A DNA stretch of 46,415 bases, taken from the NCBI GenBank assembly GCA_003514005.1, contig DOSJ01000005.1, forward strand, positions 1 to 46,415. Direction: 5' to 3'. Source of the stretch: Candidatus Falkowbacteria bacterium (lineage in GTDB: Bacteria > Patescibacteriota > Patescibacteriia > Patescibacteriales > UBA12075). This document shows, piece after piece, positions 39,312 to 46,415 of the stretch (its first letter is position 1; each line of letters opens with the position of its first letter). Made by a program: the position numbers and the translations under genes. The notes beneath the pieces were generated by a model. The model saw nothing but the letters and a program-made list of their open reading frames with translations, was not told the origin of the DNA and made no database searches.

Positions 39312-40121
39312 TTAAATATTTTTTATTTTTTTTAAATCAAGATATATGTAATAAGTATAGATAACTATAAAAGGAGCGACTAAGAAAGAGAGTACCTGCG
39401 ATATTACCGTCCATGCTATCCCCATTCCGCTCTTCTCGCCGAATATCAAAAATGGAATCATGATTACGGCATACACCGCGATATAAACAACCGCATAACG
39501 GCCAAACAATGCCATCCAATACCCTTTTACAAGTTGTTTGCTTTTTTTAATTGCCGCTCCGCCCGCGATTCCTTCGCAAATAAGCACCCAAATTGCCATA
39601 CTGTATGCCAGCGTCATATATATTCCGGGAATTATGAATAATAATGTCCATAGAAAAACAAAAAACGCGACTAACAAATTTGTTACAAAAAATTTTACCG
39701 CGATTTTTCTACCGCCCATAAAAGCATCCTTGACCGTTATATTGTCTTTGTAATTCTTGATCAAAAGGAACATTCCTGCTTGTGAAGATATAGCAATATA
39801 AATAAACAAGCAAAACGCAATAATCAGTACAAAAACAATCAAGGCAATCAATCCATATTTTATGGCAATGTTTTCAGGATGAAATAGAAATATCGGTATG
39901 ATTGAAAAAAACGTTAATACGCCTAAAACAAAAAAAGCAAAAAGCGGAATCAGCATCAAGCTGATAAACTTTTTGATATTTTGCTTGTAAATCGGCCACG
40001 AACTTTTTGCAAGCTCCTGGCATGAACTTATTTTTAATTCTGAATTAAACGGTTTGCTTTCTTGTTCAGTCGGAGAAACTAAAGTACTTGCTTCTGGCTG
40101 AACATTTTGTTCATTTGTCAT
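39312..40121 (-). CDS. Multi-pass membrane protein of unknown function
   Basis: Several TM segments; LLFIIPGI and SKQLVKGYW motifs; stop 1 nt before hydA start. Confidence 0.75.
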   Translation of the reverse strand: MTNEQNVQPEASTLVSPTEQESKPFNSELKISSCQELAKSSWPIYKQNIKKFISLMLIPLFAFFVLGVLTFFSIIPIFLFHPENIAIKYGLIALIVFVLIIAFCLFIYIAISSQAGMFLLIKNYKDNITVKDAFMGGRKIAVKFFVTNLLVAFFVFLWTLLFIIPGIYMTLAYSMAIWVLICEGIAGGAAIKKSKQLVKGYWMALFGRYAVVYIAVYAVIMIPFLIFGEKSGMGIAWTVISQVLSFLVAPFIVIYTYYIYLDLKKIKNI

Positions 40122-40203
40122 AGTTTTATGTTAGTAAATAAAACGTGATAATAGAGGTTCTTTAGACAATTCTGTGGGTAAATTTTAAACGTTTTCCCTT
40201 TAC

Positions 40204-40401
40204 TTGTCATTCCCGCGTAGGCGGGAATCTTGGTTTAACAATAACAAAGTATTTTTTACAGCATGTTTGTTATAAAATCATTTTATCATATCCTTATTTT
40301 ATTATTTTAACACCGAGATTCCCGATCCTCGGCCAGCTCCGCTAGCGGGGCAGGCATTTAATATCCATTCCCTGCGGGGCTATGTGTGTCGGGAATGACA
40401 A
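40204..40401. repeat. GTCATTCCC-family element with nested insert, overlapping the NuoF-like gene end
   Basis: Left arm identical to the 20313 element; right arm expanded. Confidence 0.8.
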
Positions 40402-41385
40402 AGATGTATATTTTATAACGTTATTGATGTAGCTCGAAAACGGCGTATACGCCGATGATCCCAAAGCACAAAACGATGAATCCTTAAGATTTGTTATCAA
40501 TTTATCAACCGCCTGCCAATCCAGTTTAGACGCATATATCACTTCCTTTAACCGATAAAACCCCTCGCGACAAGGCGTGCATTGTCCGCACGATTCATGT
40601 TTGTAAAAATCTACCCAATACTTCAAAAGTTCAATCGGATTATGTTTGTACAGGCTATGAATAGTAATGGAAGCACATCCCATTGCCGGTTGCTTTAGTT
40701 GCTCTTTATTTAAAACTGTTCCACTGGCATTACCGCCGACCTGCACAAAAAAATCAAAATCAGGATAATTGCTTGTTTGTTTCAGCACATCTTCAATAAA
40801 TATGTCTTCCGGAAATTCATATACACCATCATAAATGCAGTCGCCTCCGACCGTAAACAGCTTGGTACCTTTATACTGATCTTTTGCAATCAAAAATACA
40901 TCGCGAAATGTCTCGACATTATTCACCAGTGTCGGACAGCCCCAAAGACCGGACTCTGTCGGAAAAGGCGGACGAATACGCGGCTCAATTCTTTTTCCCT
41001 CGATATGATTCAAGGCAGATGATTCTTCACCGCCGATATAACCGGCACTATGGTCTTTTTTAAATACTTCGATCGGAAAATAACCGATTATTTTTTTTAG
41101 TTTCGGAGCAAGCTCAGTATAATAATCCGGATTAAGATATATATAGGCTTTTTCCGCGGGCAAAAATTCCAACGCCAACATAATACCCTCAATCACCTCG
41201 TCAGCTTCATTATCAAATAAATATTTATCTTTTTTAATTCCCGGCTCCCCTTCCGACGCATTGCATACAACATATTTCCTATCACCCTTTGCTTTTTTCA
41301 CCATCTGCCATTTATCCGCAACACAAAAACAAGCACCACCACGACCCGTTAATTTTGCTTTTTTTAATTTTTGAATTAAATCCAT
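40342..41385 (-). CDS. Minimal NuoF/HydB-like NADH/FMN-binding flavoprotein
   Basis: GRGGA, CNASEGEPG, YIGGEES, NNVET, ESCGQCTPCREG...C; likely ATG at 41385. Confidence 0.85.
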   Translation of the reverse strand: MDLIQKLKKAKLTGRGGACFCVADKWQMVKKAKGDRKYVVCNASEGEPGIKKDKYLFDNEADEVIEGIMLALEFLPAEKAYIYLNPDYYTELAPKLKKIIGYFPIEVFKKDHSAGYIGGEESSALNHIEGKRIEPRIRPPFPTESGLWGCPTLVNNVETFRDVFLIAKDQYKGTKLFTVGGDCIYDGVYEFPEDIFIEDVLKQTSNYPDFDFFVQVGGNASGTVLNKEQLKQPAMGCASITIHSLYKHNPIELLKYWVDFYKHESCGQCTPCREGFYRLKEVIYASKLDWQAVDKLITNLKDSSFCALGSSAYTPFSSYINNVIKYTSLSFPTHIAPQGMDIKCLPR

Positions 41386-41392
41386 TTCCTTC

Positions 41393-41506
41393 TTGTCATT
41401 CCCGACACACAATAGCCCCGCAGGGAATAAATATAAATGATCGGGAATTTTGGTGAATTAATAGAAAATTTTTTCACCAAGATTCCCGCCTCCGCGGGAA
41501 TGACAA
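41393..41506. repeat. GTCATTCCC-family element upstream of the NuoF-like gene
   Basis: TTGTCATTCCCGA...TCGGGAAT and GATTCCCGCCTCCGCGGGAATGACAA arms. Confidence 0.8.
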
Positions 41507-41559
41507 GATGAAAAAAATTATTTTATTTGTTGCCCTCAATAATATCTAAAGAAACTTAT

Positions 41560-42570
41560 TTACAAATATTTCTTCCTCCCAATAAACCCACACAAATCCA
41601 CCAACCGATTCGAATAACCCCATTCATTGTCATACCAAGCAATCACTTTTAACAAATCTCCGTCAATCACTTTTGTACAGCCAAGGTCAACAATCGCACT
41701 AGTCGGATTTCCGACTATGTCGGTAACGACCAAAGGCTCTTCCGATGCTTCGATGTAGTTTTTTAATGCTGAGCTTTTTGCCGCTTTTTTAAAGGCTTGG
41801 TTAACTATTTTTTCGTCCACTTTTTTTACTGTTACAAAAGTAACGTCGACTAGCGAACCGACCGGGGTAGGCACGCGGATTGCCATTCCATCAAATTTAT
41901 TTTTTAATGACGGAATTGTAATAGCGACAGCCGTTGCCGCACCGGTTGTTGTCGGCACGATATTTAGTCCAGCCGCTCTTGCTCGGCGCAAATCTTTGTG
42001 CGGACCGTCAACTAGGTTTTGATCAGCAGTATATGAATGAATCGTTGACATAACCGCTTTCTTAATGCCAAAATTGTCTTTTATCACTTTTGTAACCGGT
42101 GCCAAGCAGTTGGTTGTGCAAGATGCGTTTGATATAATATTGTCGCTTTTTAAAAGTTTATCTTCGTTAACACCAAGAACGATAGTTTTTACGCCCTCGC
42201 CTTTAGCTGGCGCACTAATTATTACTTTTTTCGCTCCGGCTTTCAAATGCATTCCCGCATCCGCTTTACTGCAAAAACGTCCGGTACATTCCAGTACAAT
42301 ATCCACATCCAAATCTTTCCAAGGCAACTGCAATGGATCTTTTTCGGCATATACTCTATACTTTTTTCCGGAAACGACTATGGAGTCAGCAGATGATGTT
42401 ATATCATCTTTGTATTTTCCATAACAAGAATCATACTTAAGCAAATGTGCCAAAGTTGCCGTACTGGTAAGGTCATTAATTGCGACCATGTTGAAATCCT
42501 TGCCTTTTTCCAACATAATCTTGAATGCGGCCCGGCCAATCCGGCCAAAACCGTTAATTGCGATGTTCAT
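41560..42570 (-). CDS. gap: Glyceraldehyde-3-phosphate dehydrogenase type I
   Basis: INGFGRIGR, ASCTTNCL, WYDNEWGYS. Confidence 0.97.
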   Translation of the reverse strand: MNIAINGFGRIGRAAFKIMLEKGKDFNMVAINDLTSTATLAHLLKYDSCYGKYKDDITSSADSIVVSGKKYRVYAEKDPLQLPWKDLDVDIVLECTGRFCSKADAGMHLKAGAKKVIISAPAKGEGVKTIVLGVNEDKLLKSDNIISNASCTTNCLAPVTKVIKDNFGIKKAVMSTIHSYTADQNLVDGPHKDLRRARAAGLNIVPTTTGAATAVAITIPSLKNKFDGMAIRVPTPVGSLVDVTFVTVKKVDEKIVNQAFKKAAKSSALKNYIEASEEPLVVTDIVGNPTSAIVDLGCTKVIDGDLLKVIAWYDNEWGYSNRLVDLCGFIGRKKYL

Positions 42571-42691
42571 AGTAATTTATTCTGTTTATTAATAAAAATT
42601 CTTTTATATTATATCATAATTTTTTATAAAATAAAAAACAAGTAGCTAATTTCGTATCCAATTTCTGATTTACATAACCAATGAAAGTGTA

Positions 42692-42808
42692 GTAAAGGTT
42701 TAAACTGGTTATTATCGAAGCGAGGACTGTTTGCAGCCGCTTCCAAAATAAATAATAAAGAAAAAAGGCAAGTTCCACAGCGAGAGAATAACTAGTTTAA
42801 GCCTTTAC
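42692..42808 (+). other. Long hairpin / candidate structured RNA
   Basis: 22-bp stem whose two non-Watson-Crick positions are G-U only on the + strand; internal GAAGCG/CGCTTC stem. Confidence 0.5.
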
Positions 42809-42841
42809 GGAACGGGCAAAAACAAAAACACTGAATCTCTA

Positions 42842-43978
42842 TCAACTATCCCTAAGCGATTTCATCAACCCCAAATAAAACTCCAAATTATTCAAACTAG
42901 CGAGTCGAGCAGCCAAAGGATCTTTTACTTTAAATAAATGATGCAAATAAGCCCGTGAATATTCACGCAATTCCGGTAAATCACTAACTTTATTTATTGA
43001 AGAAAAATCATTCTTAAATTCGGTATTATTAATATTCACAGCTTTATAAAAATTTTTATTATCATTGGATATTGAATATTGGTTATTGAATATTTGCTCA
43101 AAAAGCCGCCCATGCCTCCCTTCCCTAGTCGGAATAACACAATCAAACATATCCCACCCCATATGCGCGCAACGAACAATGTCTTCCGGCGTGCCAATCC
43201 CCAGCGCAAAACGAAGCTTGTCTTCGGGTATCAAGTCAGCCGTAAACTGCAATACCTCTTCCAAAAAATTCCCATCCTTATCAATCGGCCGCGCGCCAAA
43301 TCCGTAGCCGTTAAAATCCAGCTTGATCAATTCCTTAGCACATCGCTCACGCAGATATAACTCCGCTCCGCCTTGGATAACGCCAAAAATAAGCGGTCTT
43401 TCTTCAAGACTAATTTTTCTTTTTTTAATCTGTAATAAATATTCTTTCTTACATCTTTTCGCCCAAGCAATTGTCCGCTCAACCGCTTTTTCCAGATCCG
43501 GACGCGAAAAATCATTCGGCGGACAATCATCCAAACAAACCATCATATCTACGCCAAGGTCAAACTGAATCTGAATAGATTTTTCCGGTGTCAAAATATG
43601 TTTACTTCCATCTATCGGCGATTTGAATTCGACATGCTCATCCGTAATCTTACCCATCTGCTTATTCCGATGAATCAAAGAAAAAACCTGAAATCCTCCG
43701 CTATCTGAAAGTAACGGCCGATCAAAATTCATAAATTTATTCACGCCACCGGCTTTTTTTATCAGATCCATTCCCGGTTGTAGATACAAGTGGTATGTAT
43801 TCACAACCATTGCTGGCATTTTCAGATTATTAATATCCACTATCCCAATATTCTTCACCACTGCCCGCGTCGCATCCGGCATAAAAAACGGGGTCTTAAT
43901 CGTCCCGTTTTTTAGCCTGAGAGTTCCTATTCTAAGTTTTGAGTCTTTGGATTTTTTATTTATAACAAATTCCATCAT
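42842..43978 (-). CDS. tgt: tRNA-guanine transglycosylase
   Basis: TPFFMP, NTYHL, SDSGGFQVFSL, DMFDCVIPTR.GRHG. Confidence 0.92.
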   Translation of the reverse strand: MMEFVINKKSKDSKLRIGTLRLKNGTIKTPFFMPDATRAVVKNIGIVDINNLKMPAMVVNTYHLYLQPGMDLIKKAGGVNKFMNFDRPLLSDSGGFQVFSLIHRNKQMGKITDEHVEFKSPIDGSKHILTPEKSIQIQFDLGVDMMVCLDDCPPNDFSRPDLEKAVERTIAWAKRCKKEYLLQIKKRKISLEERPLIFGVIQGGAELYLRERCAKELIKLDFNGYGFGARPIDKDGNFLEEVLQFTADLIPEDKLRFALGIGTPEDIVRCAHMGWDMFDCVIPTREGRHGRLFEQIFNNQYSISNDNKNFYKAVNINNTEFKNDFSSINKVSDLPELREYSRAYLHHLFKVKDPLAARLASLNNLEFYLGLMKSLRDS

Positions 43979-43993
43979 TTACATTATAGTTCA

Positions 43994-45157
43994 TTAAAAA
44001 GTATAATACCCAAAGTTACCTTCATTATTAGGAGCACCTTCGCAATTATTACTCCAAGATAGAAAATGATCATAACCTAAAGGAGGGTATGGTACCCAGC
44101 ATCTATACATAGGAACAGTGAAGAATCCTAAAGGAGCGGGAGAATATGTATATCCAAGAGAAGTAACTTGAGCAAACCCCTCTCCTGCACAGTTAGTTGA
44201 TGACATATAATCCCAATATCCATCAACAAACTTCCTGCACTCAAATATTTGGACAGTCCCTGGATAAGCTTTGGTAGGTATTTTAACTGTTCCTTCGGGG
44301 GTAGTATATCCTGCCGCACCACATGCAGCTGCGCCGCCAACTACCATTCGATGATCTCGAAGTGGGGCACTCCAACATCTTGAAATTTGCTGTGTCAAGA
44401 TACATTCAGGTGTACCATTATATGATGCGCATCCATAACTGCAAACTGAATCAGACCATTTAAGACAACCGCTAACATTGGCACATGTCTTAAGTGTACT
44501 ACCGCTACATTGTGTTTGTCCAACATAAGCACATTCAGCCACACAACAAGAACCAAATGTCTCACAACCGTCTGCCATAGTTCCATTACAACTAGCATAT
44601 CCACCTTCACAACCGCAATCTGGTGTACATGTTGTACAAGAACCACTGGAGAAGGTATTAGGACAACTTCCAATTGTATGCGGGGCAGTACAAAATGTCG
44701 ATGGACATGACGCAGTATTTTGACTTACAGCAACCCAACCATTTCCATCATGTACCTGCAATGTCTTGGAAGTCGGTTCCCAACGAATCGCCCCTGCCAC
44801 ACCAGCCGCTGGAGTCCCTAATGCTAAATATCCGTTTGTTTTAATATTTCCCTCAACATCAATACTGATCCCTTCATTACCGCCATCCCCTGATAGCCAA
44901 TTGTTATGCAAGATCACATTGCTTGCCATAACTAAACCTGTCCCAACAACCAAACCATTAGATACCGTCAATGATCCTCCTGTGATTGTTTGATCTGTTG
45001 CGCTATTACTATATATTGGTGCCGACGGATTATCAGCGGGAGGATTGGCGGTTGGCACTGTCCAAGCCGCCAAAAGAGATTGGAAAGAGATTGACAGGCC
45101 AAGTGTTAAAATAATCGTAATTACTATTTGGCTAAAAAATTTAAATTCTTTACGCAT
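43994..45157 (-). CDS. Secreted/anchored Cys-rich surface protein
   Basis: N-terminal TM, AWTVPTANPP..N motif, Cys-rich middle, three C-terminal RC..DH/EG..GY repeats. Confidence 0.7.
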   Translation of the reverse strand: MRKEFKFFSQIVITIILTLGLSISFQSLLAAWTVPTANPPADNPSAPIYSNSATDQTITGGSLTVSNGLVVGTGLVMASNVILHNNWLSGDGGNEGISIDVEGNIKTNGYLALGTPAAGVAGAIRWEPTSKTLQVHDGNGWVAVSQNTASCPSTFCTAPHTIGSCPNTFSSGSCTTCTPDCGCEGGYASCNGTMADGCETFGSCCVAECAYVGQTQCSGSTLKTCANVSGCLKWSDSVCSYGCASYNGTPECILTQQISRCWSAPLRDHRMVVGGAAACGAAGYTTPEGTVKIPTKAYPGTVQIFECRKFVDGYWDYMSSTNCAGEGFAQVTSLGYTYSPAPLGFFTVPMYRCWVPYPPLGYDHFLSWSNNCEGAPNNEGNFGYYTF

Positions 45158-45160
45158 ATA

Positions 45161-45487
45161 TTATTTTAAATTATTATTCATAGAATTTAATGTTTTTAAT
45201 GCCTGTTCTGCTTTTTCAGCGACCTTTGGATCGGCTTTGATATTATTTAAAGTTTCTTCGGCTTCTTTTATTTTTTTAGCTTTACTAGGATCTTCTTTTA
45301 TATTTTCCAATACTGTTAAAGCCTCGGATATTATTTCTTTTTTTGTCATTATTTTCTCAGGTTCTTTTTGCTCGATTAGTGCATTACTATCTACTCGTAG
45401 TGCATTATGTTTCACTGCAAAAAAAACCAACATACCAGATAGCAAGGTAAAGATTAATAAGATAGTAATGGTGATTTTGGGTTTCAT
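45161..45487 (-). CDS. Small membrane-anchored helical protein
   Basis: N-terminal TM; repeated AL..L.NIK.DP units. Confidence 0.65.
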   Translation of the reverse strand: MKPKITITILLIFTLLSGMLVFFAVKHNALRVDSNALIEQKEPEKIMTKKEIISEALTVLENIKEDPSKAKKIKEAEETLNNIKADPKVAEKAEQALKTLNSMNNNLK

Positions 45488-45573
45488 TTTTTTATAATAA
45501 ATATTACTTTAATAATACCATTTTTACCAAAAATACACAAGTTAAATCTAAAAATTAAATCTAAAAATTTTTC

Positions 45574-46284
45574 TTAATCATCTTCATCAACCCCAAATAA
45601 AACTCCAAATTATTCAAACTAGCCAAACGCGTAGCCAAAAATCTTTATCTTTAAAAAGATGATGAAAATAAACTCGACTATATTCACGTAATTCAGACAA
45701 ATTACTGTCTTTATTTATCGGCGCAAAATCATTTTTAAACTTTGTATTACAAATATTCATGGCTCTATAAAAATTGGTATTTTCATTGAATATTGAATAT
45801 TTTCTCAAATAGCCTCCGATGTATCCCCTCTCTAGTTAGAATAACACAATCAAATATATCCCATCCCATATGCGCGCAACGTTCAATATCTCCCGGCGTG
45901 CCGATTCCCAGCACAAAAAGTCTGCCGTAAATTGCATCACCTCTTCCAAAAAATTCCTATCCTTATCAATCGGTCGCACACAAAAGCCATAGCCATCAAA
46001 ATCCAACTTTATCAATTCTTTGGCACAGCGTTCACGCAAATCGAGTTCCGCCCTGCCTTGGATTACACCAAAAATAAACGGCCTTTCTTCTTGTTTTATT
46101 TTTCTTTTTTAATTTGCAATAAATAATCTTTCTTACACCTTTTAACCCAAACGATTGTTCGCTCTACTGCTTTTTCCAAATCCGTACGAGAAAAATCATT
46201 TGGCGTACAATCATCCAAACAAACCATCATATCCATACCCAGGTCAAACAGAATCTGAATCGATTTTTCCGTTGTCAAAATATG
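45574..46284 (-). pseudogene. tgt: Frameshifted, 5'-truncated duplicate of tgt
   Basis: Three ORF fragments (46096-46278, 45836-46039, 45614-45808) match consecutive parts of tgt ~42860-43600. Confidence 0.9.
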
Positions 46285-46415
46285 ACTAAAATTTATATCT
46301 TAACCTATTACCAATTTTATTTATCCTGTTTCTGGATTTCCACAAATAGCTAGTTCGCAAGCTCCATTTGCTTTGCAAACATTTTCACCGCTTGATTAGT
46401 CCTAGATATACTGAA

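Overview
AT-rich bacterial chromosome segment using the standard code (TGA serves as a stop). Gene content and style point to Patescibacteria/CPR (Parcubacteria/ABY1-like); this is inference. Layout: (1) 1-10.7 kb accessory tract of short, mostly minus-strand genes plus an orphan threonine synthase and dinD; (2) infA-rpmJ-rpsM-rpsK-rpsD-rpoA-rplQ-rplM-rpsI; (3) a VirB4/TraG-like ATPase with partner, mltG and manC; (4) a triple-HTH regulator divergent from an unannotated ~220-nt structured RNA, then secE-nusG-rplK-rplA; (5) a dTTP-metabolism cluster (dCMP deaminase, thyA, folA, tmk-dut fusion) containing a TA pair and a non-canonical tRNA-like gene; (6) gatB, fmt and tRNA-Glu with a mini-islet; (7) gap, a NuoF-like gene and an [FeFe]-hydrogenase; (8) tgt, a Cys-rich surface protein and a decayed tgt copy. 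Most notable: an 8/4 (or 10/4) allo-tRNA-like gene with its own promoter, an RNA polymerase alpha subunit whose CTD is replaced by an AT-hook-like tail, the orphan structured RNA, 7-9-nt periodic repeat elements at many housekeeping gene junctions (and inside genes), and a minimal hydrogenase module whose flavoprotein gene is bracketed by palindromic elements.
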